A stretch of DNA of 64,000 bases. It comes from Patescibacteria group bacterium. GTDB lineage: Bacteria; Patescibacteriota; Patescibacteriia; UBA9934. A model generated the notes under the pieces. The model searched no databases, had not been told where the DNA came from, and worked only from the letters and a program-made list of their open reading frames with translations. The position numbers were made by a program, and so were the translations under genes. Of the stretch, positions 19,601-26,497 are shown in pieces; positions within the stretch are counted from its first letter, which is position 1, and every line of letters starts with the position of its first letter. Where the stretch lies: the NCBI GenBank assembly GCA_018062825.1, contig JAGORL010000001.1, positions 125,432 to 189,431 of the forward strand. Reading direction: 5' to 3'.

Positions 19601-19917
19601 ATGAGCCAAACGTCTACAATCCAGTTACGGGCATTGACTATGCCTATGATGGCGATACTTCGGGAGAGCTAGAAGATATCTACGATCAAATTATTGCTTC
19701 TATCGTTGGTATGGCGATTACGGTGGTAAGTGTGGACGGCGACGATACCGCACTTGATAGCGCTACAGTTACCGCTGGTTCAAATATCGCTTTGCCATGG
19801 CCTTCAAACTTTGAGTGCGATGGCATTGGGGAACAGACTGTGCCAATTCAGATCACCTTCGGTGGCCTTGGTCGGGTAGTGCTCAAGGATGTAAACGTCA
19901 ATTATTGCGCTCCGTAA
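10603..19917 (+). CDS. giant (about 3100 aa) secreted multidomain surface protein: T4SS-pilin-like N-term, IPT/TIG-like repeats, Cys-rich CGDG..EECDDGN..GDGCS repeats, C-terminal vWA/MIDAS domain (probable start GTG 10651)
   Basis: single uninterrupted ORF; N-terminus paralogous to the preceding gene (GTG-AAA start, signal peptide ending VHA/Q, FVWMTSGGSEEKVSRAKKIL); x4 I.SISP..G..G..VTI.G..FG; DRSGSM...ETDD...LLSDG vWA motifs near 19090-19720. Confidence 0.7.
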   Translation: MVRLQQLLVIFSNHRLVKRLLSSLLIALSLGFAGSLAWPSFVPEVHAQATAALDGLEETNESIGLGDQPLEIIIGNIIRVALGFLGIIAVCIILYGGFVWMTSGGSEEKVSRAKKILINGVIGLGLVMTSLAIATFVMNAISGATGSSANGGSTGGGNGGIGLGGGSSSTFEVTAISPQGELAIRNVVAQITFSKSVDEESVAGRIAVTNVVTGEEVPGTLSVRNSRVSFVPSTPCPEPNGDRFCFDANTQYRVSVESGVESTGGITLTCTVASCSGDFVTGELVDVASPDALVTLPDNNASVSVDAFIDTQVQATDDAGLSVVEFQVADVPFDAMPTSGTSALVSSVWDTTSLELGARYRLTGVVFDQAGNSDDDTATVTVRGEWCFNGVLDTDQGETGIDCGGDSGSANYCGSCAGSSCEVNADCGSGASCVTGVCTIVPEITSISPDNAAPGSFVTISGDGFGQAAGSVTFGFGLAGELTAPLAACSENWSPRQIIVEVPQGGVDGAILVAAASGLTDATNDENGISLNDFDVNDVNRPGICAVTPDAGVATSAVVLTGAGFGASQGESEVYFNESIEAGSYVSWAESGANITVPPLAAGEYPVTVVVDGVTSNAVAFDVVTEVDINPVITSVTPGSGGIGQYITLQGADFGTSIGTVFLDSVESGRRAIASIDFPDACADDIWSETEVTVIIPDGYSDGGFDSLVPGAYELTLQSSRGDLSNTVAFNVTSAQPTPGICAIDPSQGAAGDVVTIIGDNFGSTAGTVTFSAGLSAVSGDWEDGEISVTVPAGTQTGSVTVATEAGESNGVTFTVGASATGAAAPVTASYAWMFSTGEIPQTPQVIVTCSDTQVSGVPNATFTQEVCINAVVYVEFTADMNPATLDDALTVARCTAGGDNPCDTTEVISGSYSVNDHAVRFTPVDLLAQSSTYEVRVSTAAQSVDAVALDEDVSWEFTTRSDATLCNIERVVVSPVTKTLTVINDTAPYQALPVTGCVVTDPESYTWSWATDESYARFNSAVDTSCVGGTSSCATVEALAEGEALVTATEVSESVAGINGSGELIVNFTDPYVTQAWPNCTEACTNAEIGARFNTPMNQVSIEAAGAVRLYACANELCTSLTPIIGATANCLSDDAGNCIGFALAPLSLSPSDFYRVVISESVESMSGVPLIRPNYGTDYSWTFRVREDATVCAIDRITVEPADVVVNTIGDTRNYTGTAYGAADSCSVSGQRLAGYAYNWGWTDPIEDENNDNNAATRVANWYNNASVDSAPGDVVLGCTSSCVSAGSAPYSAICGDGYLDVANGEECEDGNVASGDGCSSSCLREGRDTFGVCGNEVVDRTPAGAGEDCDDGARVSGDGCSADCLSEGSSAIGATCGNNDIARNVTTLAGEECDDGNGTNNDGCSAQCLNEGSPTLASVGGAVCGDGSVDSPAESCDDGNTVNGDGCSDSCLFEGSSLAYSVGSVCGDGVIGIGEECEDGNSKSGDGCSKKCTLEGSSSSYAAPSFCGDGIIGVGEVNACEVGMNGDGRTDPEQIAIIPDEAVFEVDPATDKAIATIEVSEDSSGLSATTSLTLTCSATSDNDCPDPSVYGVGTGNCCMARPEVTLFPSGSNMCRNTAIYLVSSEELDLNTFMQSTTGGAVTVTTPRMYAKLDLVATGGVCPTSHTTLAQNHTKNIFVRAWWFVRDIFFKNAQADSGDCVVPIVGYEQTPMGDGTFKIAMKYGALLEPNVGYTIVVEGDNVVSDAVVDGVRSRYGVGINGTQEIVFKTGPDACALDAVQVIDTEDETPYTFTFLDEEHEYSAAAYALRGGVTAEIQSIPGVYAWSWSSWLSDAEDLFSATQGSGDGDTATIMTEGQNGEATIVAIAEVTDDELGIGAGEVSGTAPAYALLCENPWPNPSVAYPFTDTSAGIPVGAVNAGGWMRFALSYCRDAGNAGTADDLGALTAVVAQNPESEGVLKEYLFPVDDGSGDAIGIRVVSNVNYHGALAWYEAQGFAGSPSEIVVDGFRAVRDGRTVYVIAPNLPGAITPSAPTTGYVNTYVLSYNQGASDSTEMIFDQILENFMFGINISDVGLCVDSGGDFVVEDDGTGMSCSSDLECGGVGGVCASDKAKIRRDTQRLTDMSDIAALVNDYGIENGACSGSQALCSADSQCPATETCDPIVPTLPSGTYIAGLATSSWPSWDSLLGGALGANALPADPLNMYQSCGVGTGMAATFDAQTCVDEVQGKYVCPVGSSVYHYRAVGNRDAVLYADLEDDSVEWAADIDTSAADTVTIQIGNSSSTAEGFGSTLVCNDAAVGDAWGFSAVCGDGILGATEVCEVGDVGGSSTACDADGNGTIDGVQSQICNSTCSGFVNNPAAACIAPSCGDGIVDGGEECDDGSSNGQYGFCGSDCSYDTAFYCGDGLLAGGEVCDCGAAPLMSPLADSRAFSSGAGTCSGLNGVYNASATASCAWNCAGPAGFCGDNTVQSGEQCDGEAQTWAGELCTSNAGDRKGLPCTEDAYCKAGVGAAASAVCGGTAPARQACQVGYTRVRECDNGPGGSCTYDAGWVATACTEIGSCGDGVVDPDEMCDDGNTDSTDGCTATCQANVCGDGFVYSGEEECDEGAGNGAACDSAYGSTCTSCTTSCRYTVSSGEFCGDGVRNGNEFCDASAIPYRWFDTTVSGLGFVTDMTLGDTCYTLGSTKVEGGKTYTCRSVGICNGGSSNGQYCTASSILGTFGTDVADCGSEIFLIDGESKIGNGECVKPTCSGTCGSACPFSYASASLLMTPNQPGAPASSTVSLYSFSDDSTATLPNAASITIPSCNAATGLTATLDTSGIDLPDTYVVFITDRSGSMATSALSGEGMNVAKDVVQDGIETLFDELGEEMFISLVDYSSTASSFPTSGFYGPNDESLLLAEVETYVASGSTETDDAINAAKTRLDSVFDNGNIRRVAILLSDGVPNSTSATDTAAEAFKDAGYELYTIALTNTSSLIDNMNGWSSNNENWDSDDGDEPNVYNPVTGIDYAYDGDTSGELEDIYDQIIASIVGMAITVVSVDGDDTALDSATVTAGSNIALPWPSNFECDGIGEQTVPIQITFGGLGRVVLKDVNVNYCAP
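14491..15200 (+). repeat. tandem ~35-aa cysteine-rich repeats inside giant ORF (CGDG.{5,8}EECDDGN.{3,5}GDGCS..C..EG, about 7 copies); a second, looser block at ~17520-18560
   Basis: periodic repeat visible in the translation and as recurring tgtggtgatggc...gatgacggtaa...ggtgatggttgctc DNA. Confidence 0.8.
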
Positions 19918-19921
19918 TCTT

Positions 19922-20746
19922 ATGGTGGACTTCAACGATCAAGAATTCTTCGACCTCGAGCCGGCGTCACAAGCGTCGGCTCCATCCTGGCGCAAGCCAA
20001 AGATGCTCGCTGCTATTGGTGGAGCGATCGTTGGAGTCGTGCTGCTTGGAGGAATTGGTGTCTACGCCTGGAGCTTGCTTAGTTCAGGTGGCAATCAATT
20101 GCCACAAGGCACTGAGCGTACCGCTGAAGAGTTAGCGGCGCAGATGATGGAAAGCTGCGCAGACGATGACGCATCGTGTGTGAATCAGGCAAACGCTAAC
20201 GCCGCTAGAGAAGTGGGAGATATTACCGCCTGCGCAGAGGTTACCGGCGTTGCCTATGATGAATGTCTGTCAGTTATCGCTTTTGACCAAGGTGACGCTA
20301 CGTTATGTGAGCGAGTAAGTAATGATCGCCGCACGGCTTGTGCGGATAACGCTTGGATCAAGGCGGCGAGTTCTCAGAAAAAGTACGCCCTGTGTGCAAA
20401 TATCACCGATAATGATCGCCGTACCGCCTGTGAAGAAAATGTTGGCGTACAGGCAGCTTCGGCTAACAATTGCGCTGGGTTCGGTGCTCCAGAATCATAT
20501 TGTTCACAAAAGTTAGCGGTTGAGGCGGTGCTTATTGCGGGGGATCCCGCTGGCTGTCTCTCGCTCTCAGTTGAGGGGCGCATTGAATGCCAGGAGCTCT
20601 TCCCGGTACGAGACGATGATAGCGATGGGCTCACAAAAGAACAGGAGTTTGAGCTCGGAACATCCGATCAAATGGCAGATACGGATGGAGACGGGTACAA
20701 TGATGGGGAGGAAGTAGCAGGCGGGTATAATCCGCTTGCCCCATAA
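19922..20746 (+). CDS. single-pass membrane protein with Cys-repeat ectodomain and C-terminal DxDxDG calcium-binding (TSP3-like) repeats
   Basis: N-terminal cytoplasmic segment, TM helix (LAAIGGAIVGVVLLGGIGVYAW), repeated C..DNDRRTAC modules, C-terminal DDDSDGLTKEQEFELGTSDQMADTDGDGYNDGEEVAGGYNPL. Confidence 0.5.
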   Translation: MVDFNDQEFFDLEPASQASAPSWRKPKMLAAIGGAIVGVVLLGGIGVYAWSLLSSGGNQLPQGTERTAEELAAQMMESCADDDASCVNQANANAAREVGDITACAEVTGVAYDECLSVIAFDQGDATLCERVSNDRRTACADNAWIKAASSQKKYALCANITDNDRRTACEENVGVQAASANNCAGFGAPESYCSQKLAVEAVLIAGDPAGCLSLSVEGRIECQELFPVRDDDSDGLTKEQEFELGTSDQMADTDGDGYNDGEEVAGGYNPLAP

Positions 20747-20756
20747 GCGAATATCT

Positions 20757-21482
20757 ATGTTTGACGACAAGCAACCCGAAGACATCTTTGAAGGATCAGA
20801 CAAAGCTCCAGCGCCAATGAATCTTCCCGTTGAAGATCAACGCATTGCGCCAGCGCCTCGCCTGACGCCACCTACCACTCCATCAGCTAGTGCGAGCGCG
20901 ATGGGCTCTGCCCCAATGCAAGAAGAAGGGCACCCCATTGTCTCCGCAAAGGTTGTCTTGGTTGCTATCATCATTCTTGGTGTTATTGGCGCTACGATTG
21001 CGATCTCGTATAGCTTCATGTCGCAGCCTCAAGTATCGATGCCGCTCGCTGATCAGTCAGTAGAGGAGGATGAGAATGAAAATGACACTGATACTGAGGT
21101 AGTGCTAGATGATGAAGAAGGCAAAGGAGATGATGAGAACGAGCTAGATGGGCTTCCACAGACCGATCCAGCGGTTATTGTTATTGATAGTGACGGCGAT
21201 GGTCTCTCAAATGATGAAGAGATGGAGCTTGGAACGTCAATCAATAATCCTGATTCAGATAATGACGGCCTAGGAGATCGTGAGGAGATCCAGGTTTACA
21301 AAACAAATCCACTCAACCCAGATACTGACGGAGATACCTATTCAGACGGCGTTGAGGTGCAAGGCGGCTACAATCCAAACGGTGAAGGCAAATTGTTGCA
21401 AGTGCCAACGCCTCAAGAAGACTCATCTACAAGTATGGAATCCGATGTCATGGTGACTTCGGATGAAGAAGAAACGCTCTAG
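20757..21482 (+). CDS. paralogous single-pass membrane protein with acidic tail and DxDxDG repeats
   Basis: starts MFDDKQPED; TM helix VVLVAIIILGVIGATIAISY; DSDGDGLSNDEEMELGTSINNPDSDNDGLGDREEIQVYKTNPLNPDTDGDTYSDGVEVQGGYNPNG. Confidence 0.5.
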   Translation: MFDDKQPEDIFEGSDKAPAPMNLPVEDQRIAPAPRLTPPTTPSASASAMGSAPMQEEGHPIVSAKVVLVAIIILGVIGATIAISYSFMSQPQVSMPLADQSVEEDENENDTDTEVVLDDEEGKGDDENELDGLPQTDPAVIVIDSDGDGLSNDEEMELGTSINNPDSDNDGLGDREEIQVYKTNPLNPDTDGDTYSDGVEVQGGYNPNGEGKLLQVPTPQEDSSTSMESDVMVTSDEEETL

Positions 21483-21485
21483 TGT

Positions 21486-22436
21486 ATGTTCGACGATGCA
21501 AATAAAACACCAGGAACTTCAGCGGCTCCTGTGCCGGCTACTGGTCAACTGCCAAGGCAAGGCGCTCACGCTGAGGTCGTCATCCATGTGATGCCGAAAG
21601 ATTTTGCATCCAAAGAAGCTGTCATGAAGGACGCACCAAAGCCGGCTCCGGTTGTGACGCCTCCGCCAAAGCCTGCTCCGGCACCTATCCCGGCTCCAGC
21701 GCCAAGTTTCAAGCCAAAGCCGCGCCGTTCAGCGCTGCCGATAATTATCATTTTATTACTACTCGCAGTTATCGGTGGGGGAGTTGCTTATTACGCGCTC
21801 GTGATCATGCCAGCGCAGAATGTTGTTATTACTCCTCAGCCGGAACCAGAGCCAGAACCGGAACCAGAGCCAGAGCCGGAACCTGAGCCGGTTGAGCCGG
21901 GTCCGGGTGTTGATACCGATAGCGATGGCCTGACAAACGTTGAGGAATTGCTTTATGGCACGGATTTCCGTGATCCAGATACTGATGATGATACGTTCCT
22001 TGATGGTAATGAAGTCTTCCATCGTTACGATCCAAACGGCTTATCACCAAGCACGCTCCTTGATACTGGCGCAGTTCGTGTATACAGCTCGCTTGAGCCT
22101 GTCATGAACCTACATTACCCAACCTCCTGGACCCCGGCGGTCGGAGACGGGGAAGTGACATTCCGCTCACCAAGCACCGCCTCGGTATCGGTCGCCTGGC
22201 TCACAGCGGCTGAGTTTGCACAGTTCATTGAAGTATCAGATATCGATCTTGATGAATACACAGCAGGCACCACAAAGTCAGGCTTTGCTACCTCGGTGAG
22301 CGCAAACTCGCGTATTGTTTTCCTTGAAGCGGGCGACGTCACCTATGTGTTTACGTACAGTCTGAGTGAGGCGCAAAGCATCGAGTTCCTTCAGACGTTC
22401 CAAATGATGGTCAATAGCTTTGCCCTGACCCCATGA
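21486..22436 (+). CDS. paralogous single-pass membrane protein with PE-repeat linker and DxDxDG repeats
   Basis: starts MFDDANKTPG; Pro-rich cytoplasmic part, TM helix IIIILLLLAVIGGGVAYYALVI, (PE)9 linker, DTDSDGLTNVEELLYGTDFRDPDTDDDTFLDGNEVFHRYDPNG. Confidence 0.5.
   Translation: MFDDANKTPGTSAAPVPATGQLPRQGAHAEVVIHVMPKDFASKEAVMKDAPKPAPVVTPPPKPAPAPIPAPAPSFKPKPRRSALPIIIILLLLAVIGGGVAYYALVIMPAQNVVITPQPEPEPEPEPEPEPEPEPVEPGPGVDTDSDGLTNVEELLYGTDFRDPDTDDDTFLDGNEVFHRYDPNGLSPSTLLDTGAVRVYSSLEPVMNLHYPTSWTPAVGDGEVTFRSPSTASVSVAWLTAAEFAQFIEVSDIDLDEYTAGTTKSGFATSVSANSRIVFLEAGDVTYVFTYSLSEAQSIEFLQTFQMMVNSFALTP
21841..21891 (+). repeat. (CCNGAR)n microsatellite encoding PEPEPEPEPEPEPEPEP
   Basis: ccggaaccagagccagaaccggaaccagagccagagccggaacctgagccg. 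Confidence 0.9.
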
Positions 22437-22864
22437 TCACGTTTGATGTTGACCAATCACTAGTTCCGCGTGAGCACCGCTTGAAAAAGACGGTGCTCGC
22501 TCGCATTGGTGAAGAGTTAAGCAAAAGAGTGCCGTCACACCCTTCAGGCATCATGACGCTCGCCTTTGTGACCGATGAAGAAATTCGCCGACTTAACCGC
22601 ATGTATCGTGAAAAAGATAAGGTAACAGATGTGCTCTCTTTTGGAGCGGGGGAGAACGGCCAGCAGGGACTTCTCGGAGATGTTATTATTGCTTTTGGAC
22701 AAGCAAAGCGCCAGGCGCAAGCCGCTGATGGCGATCTCGCCCTTGAAATCGTGGATCTCGTCGTACACGGCGGACTCCATGTTCTTGGGTATGACCACGA
22801 AAAACCCGAGGACGCTCAAGAGATGTTTCCTTTACAAGATGCGATAGTTGCCGCTGTTTTATGA
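22433..22864 (+). CDS. ybeY: endoribonuclease YbeY (rRNA maturation factor)
   Basis: HGGLHVLGYDHE zinc-binding motif H...H.....H; 143 aa. Confidence 0.85.
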   Translation: MITFDVDQSLVPREHRLKKTVLARIGEELSKRVPSHPSGIMTLAFVTDEEIRRLNRMYREKDKVTDVLSFGAGENGQQGLLGDVIIAFGQAKRQAQAADGDLALEIVDLVVHGGLHVLGYDHEKPEDAQEMFPLQDAIVAAVL

Positions 22865-23262
22865 AGTCCATTAAGCAATTTCTTCGCAGTACTCGTCATG
22901 CGCTCCACGGAATCGCTACGCTTGCTAAAGCTGAGCGAAATTTTCGATTGCAGCTATTTATTGGCACAATCGTGCTTGTAGTGCAGGCTGTGCTGCCACT
23001 AGAGATTTGGGAGCGAATTATTGTTATACTTTTAATCGCAGGGGTACTAGTGCTCGAGCTTGGTAATAGCGTCATTGAACGTTTCGCGGATGCTGTGCAC
23101 CCGCGCATTCACCCCATTGTTCGTGAGGTAAAAGATATGATGGCAGGGGCGGTTTTAATAGCCGCAGTGACCGCTGCTGTCGTTGGTTTTCTGATTTTTT
23201 GGCCCCATGTGTACAACTTGGCTTGTGCTATACTTGCCCTCTGTACCGCGGTAGATGTATGA
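22861..23262 (+). CDS. dgkA: diacylglycerol kinase family membrane protein
   Basis: 3 TM helices and ELGNSVIERFADAV (DAGK_prokar E..NSAIE motif); classic ybeY-dgkA linkage. Confidence 0.7.
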   Translation: MKSIKQFLRSTRHALHGIATLAKAERNFRLQLFIGTIVLVVQAVLPLEIWERIIVILLIAGVLVLELGNSVIERFADAVHPRIHPIVREVKDMMAGAVLIAAVTAAVVGFLIFWPHVYNLACAILALCTAVDV

Positions 23263-23318
23263 CGATAATAGAAGTTGATGTTTATTCGTCTGAAATGCAG
23301 GCCTAACGCCGCGTTGCT

Positions 23319-24578
23319 ATGGCTGACGAGATCATTACTGGTTTAGATATAGGTTCTTCCATGATTCGGGTAGCGGTCTGCAAGATCGTCCCAGTGGAAG
23401 ATGGAAAGATACAGCTCCATGTCATTGGTGCTGTTTCTTCGCCGTCCCACGGTATGCATAAAGGCGCAGTATCTTCCATGGAAGATGCTGTTTCTGGTAT
23501 TTCAAAAGCCATAGAGCGCGCCGAGCGCATGACAGGCGTTGCTATGAATACCGCTTGGGTAGCGCTTGGCGGGCAGAGTATTGCTGTTCAGGAGAGTCGT
23601 GGCGCTATTGCAGTTGCGCGCCCAGAAGGGGAAATTACTGAGGATGATGTTGAGCGTGCTGTTGAGGCAGCGAAAACCGTTGCCATTCCCTCAAACTATG
23701 AAATCTTGCATACCCTGCCAAAAAGTTTTGCTGTAGATGGTCAGCGTGGCGTAAAGGATCCGGTTGGTATGAGCGGTGTGCGTCTTGAGGTAGATGCCGT
23801 CATTATTGAAGCACTATCATCGCACGTCAAAAATCTTACAAAGAGCGTCTATCGCACGGGCCTTGATATTGATGACGTTGTATACGGGTCATTGGCAACA
23901 GCTGAGGCTGTGCTCACCCAACGCCAGCGAGAATTAGGTTCCTGTGTAGTAAATATGGGTGCCGCCACCACGTCCGTTGCAGTTTTTGAAGAAGGTGATC
24001 TTCTCCATACCGCAGTTTTGCCATTTGGTGGCGATCACATCACGAATGATTTAGCCATCGGTCTTCGCACCTCAATTGAGATCGCTGAGCAAGTAAAATT
24101 AGCATACGGCCACGCAGTACCTGACGCGATCGATCGCAAACAGCAGTTTGCTCTCGCTGATTTCGGTGCCGCTACCGACGAAATCGTGAAACGCCGCTTT
24201 GTGGCAGAGGTTATTGAAGCGCGTCTTGAAGAGATCTTTGAGGCGGTGGACGCGGAACTGCGTAAAGTGGATCGTTCGGGCATGCTGCCGGTTGGTGTGG
24301 TGTTTACCGGTGGCGCCATGAAGCTTGAGGGCGCTCTAGAGGTCGCTAAGCGGGTTTTACGCCTGCCGTGCGCCATGGGAGTCCCATTGGGCATTACAAG
24401 CGTCATTGATGAAGCGCATGATCCAGCTTTTGCAACGGCAATTGGTCTCGCGATTCACGGGAAAGATATTCGGGAAATGTCCGGCAAGCGTCGAGGACTC
24501 GGATTTTCGCTAAAATTCCGCAGTACCACGAAAGTCGCCGATACCCTGAAGAAATGGATGCAGTCGCTTATCCCCTAA
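23319..24578 (+). CDS. ftsA: cell division protein FtsA
   Basis: actin-fold motifs (ITGLDIGSSMIRVAV, GAATTSVAVFEEG, FGGDHITNDLA, FTGGAMKLEGA); upstream of ftsZ. Confidence 0.9.
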   Translation: MADEIITGLDIGSSMIRVAVCKIVPVEDGKIQLHVIGAVSSPSHGMHKGAVSSMEDAVSGISKAIERAERMTGVAMNTAWVALGGQSIAVQESRGAIAVARPEGEITEDDVERAVEAAKTVAIPSNYEILHTLPKSFAVDGQRGVKDPVGMSGVRLEVDAVIIEALSSHVKNLTKSVYRTGLDIDDVVYGSLATAEAVLTQRQRELGSCVVNMGAATTSVAVFEEGDLLHTAVLPFGGDHITNDLAIGLRTSIEIAEQVKLAYGHAVPDAIDRKQQFALADFGAATDEIVKRRFVAEVIEARLEEIFEAVDAELRKVDRSGMLPVGVVFTGGAMKLEGALEVAKRVLRLPCAMGVPLGITSVIDEAHDPAFATAIGLAIHGKDIREMSGKRRGLGFSLKFRSTTKVADTLKKWMQSLIP

Positions 24579-24681
24579 AAGCGTGTTTTTTGCATTGACG
24601 AAGCGCTTTGCGAAGGTTAGGGTTGGCCTACGGAAAGGTGTGTTGAAATAAATGGTGTAACCTTTGCGACTTTTTCTTGCT

Positions 24682-25995
24682 ATGGCAGAAATCAAGCCCG
24701 ATATTGAAACAAGTGCCAAGATCAAAGTTATTGGTGTTGGCGGCGGCGGCGGCGCTGCTGTTAACCGCATGATGAAAGAAAAAGTGCGTGGTGTTGATTT
24801 TATTGCCGTAAATACCGATGCGCAAGCGCTTTATCATAACGCTGCACCGGTCAAAATTGCGATTGGTAAAGCGGTTACCCGTGGCCTTGGTGCTGGTATG
24901 AATCCTGAGATCGGCAAACGTGCCGCTGAGGAAAACGGTAATGATTTAAGAAACGCTCTTGCCGGCGCTGACATGGTCTTTTTGACCGCTGGCTTAGGCG
25001 GCGGAACCGGCTCCGGCGCAATTCCAGAACTTGCTAAGATCGCCAAAGATATTGGCGCCCTTACGGTTGCGGTAGTAACGAAGCCGTTCGCCTTTGAAGG
25101 CGCTCAGCGTCGCCGCATTGCAGAAGATGCGCACACAGATCTTGGTCAGCATGTTGATGCCATCATCACCATTTCAAACGATCGTGTTTTACAAATTGTT
25201 GATAAGAAAGCCTCAGTTGGTGACTCATTCCGTCTGATTGACGACGTCCTTCGCCAGGGTGTTCTTGGTATCGCTGAGGTTATTACAACCCACGGTGATA
25301 TTAACGTCGACTTCGCTGACGTGAAAGCTATCATGCAAAATGCCGGCAGTGCCATCATGGGTATTGGCCGTGCTTCTGGTGAAAATCGTGCTGTTGAAGC
25401 AGCTAAGATGGCAATCTCAAACGGACTACTAGAAATGTCGATGGATGGCGCTAAGGGCGTTCTCTTCACCGTTTCTGGCAACGATGTCGGCATGTATGAA
25501 CTTACGGAGGCCGCCAAGATTATCACCGGTAGTGCGGATGATGATGCTAAAGTGATTTTCGGTCTTATCAAAGATGAAAGCATTGGGGATGAGATCCGCA
25601 TCACTGTTGTTGCGACCGGTTTTGACTCGCGCAATCCTGCTCGTTCCATGGCGCGTCCAGATTCTGTTACAATTACACCAAAACAACCTTGGAAGTCTGA
25701 GGGTTCAGAGTTTAGCGCACCGCGCCGCCCAACTCACACGCCTCCACCATCTGCGTCCGCAGCTCCATCTGGTGAATCACCATTTGCTAAGCGCTCATTT
25801 AGTGCGCTTGATCAAGATGAGCCGATCGTTTCACCGTCCCGAGAAAGAGATCGAGAACGCGAGGAGCGTGAAGTGTCGAGCACGCCTGTTGCTCCGCCAC
25901 CAAAGCCGGTTGTGCAGAACCAGAATGACAAAGATAAAGATGACGACGGTGGCGATTTTGGCATCCCAGCCTTTATCCGTCGTCGCATGATGTAG
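24682..25995 (+). CDS. ftsZ: cell division GTPase FtsZ with long disordered C-terminal tail
   Basis: IKVIGVGGGGGAAVNRM, tubulin signature GGGTGSGAIP, T7 loop NVDFADV. Confidence 0.95.
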   Translation: MAEIKPDIETSAKIKVIGVGGGGGAAVNRMMKEKVRGVDFIAVNTDAQALYHNAAPVKIAIGKAVTRGLGAGMNPEIGKRAAEENGNDLRNALAGADMVFLTAGLGGGTGSGAIPELAKIAKDIGALTVAVVTKPFAFEGAQRRRIAEDAHTDLGQHVDAIITISNDRVLQIVDKKASVGDSFRLIDDVLRQGVLGIAEVITTHGDINVDFADVKAIMQNAGSAIMGIGRASGENRAVEAAKMAISNGLLEMSMDGAKGVLFTVSGNDVGMYELTEAAKIITGSADDDAKVIFGLIKDESIGDEIRITVVATGFDSRNPARSMARPDSVTITPKQPWKSEGSEFSAPRRPTHTPPPSASAAPSGESPFAKRSFSALDQDEPIVSPSRERDREREEREVSSTPVAPPPKPVVQNQNDKDKDDDGGDFGIPAFIRRRMM

Positions 25996-25999
25996 CGCT

Positions 26000-26479
26000 A
26001 TGCGCTGCCCAGTGTGTAATTTTAAGTCCACGCGCGTTATCGATTCGCGCTTGGCTACCGACGGTATGGCCGTGCGCCGCCGCCGTGAATGTGAACGCAC
26101 CCGGTGCGGTTTTCGTTTTTCAACGGTTGAGGAGATTGAGCTCATGGATGTCACTGTCGTAAAGCGCAATGGCCGCAAGGAGCCATACAAGCGTGAAAAG
26201 ATTGAAAACGGACTTCGTAAGGCGTTAGAGAAACGCCCGCATACCGATGCGCAATTTGTAGCGCTCGTGCACACCATGGAGCGAGATATTCAAAAAGTAA
26301 AAGGTGGAGAAATTACAAGCGCCGATATCGGTGAAATCGTCATGCGCCGCCTGAGGGATTTTGATACGGTTGCCTACATTCGCTTTGCATCCGTGTACCG
26401 TCAATTTGAAGATGTAGCCACGTTTGAGCAAGAGTTGCGCAAGCTAGAGGCTCCAAAGGGCAAGGCTAAGGTCGAGTAA
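26000..26479 (+). CDS. nrdR: transcriptional repressor NrdR
   Basis: MRCPVCN....RVIDSR...........RRREC..C..RF zinc ribbon + ATP-cone. Confidence 0.9.
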   Translation: MRCPVCNFKSTRVIDSRLATDGMAVRRRRECERTRCGFRFSTVEEIELMDVTVVKRNGRKEPYKREKIENGLRKALEKRPHTDAQFVALVHTMERDIQKVKGGEITSADIGEIVMRRLRDFDTVAYIRFASVYRQFEDVATFEQELRKLEAPKGKAKVE

Positions 26480-26497
26480 CTGGTATACTGTTGCGGT

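Noticed and set aside
21838-21891. CRISPR-like or other interspersed repeat at the PE-repeat
   Set aside because: It is an in-frame 6-nt microsatellite inside a CDS; no spacer-repeat architecture anywhere in the window.
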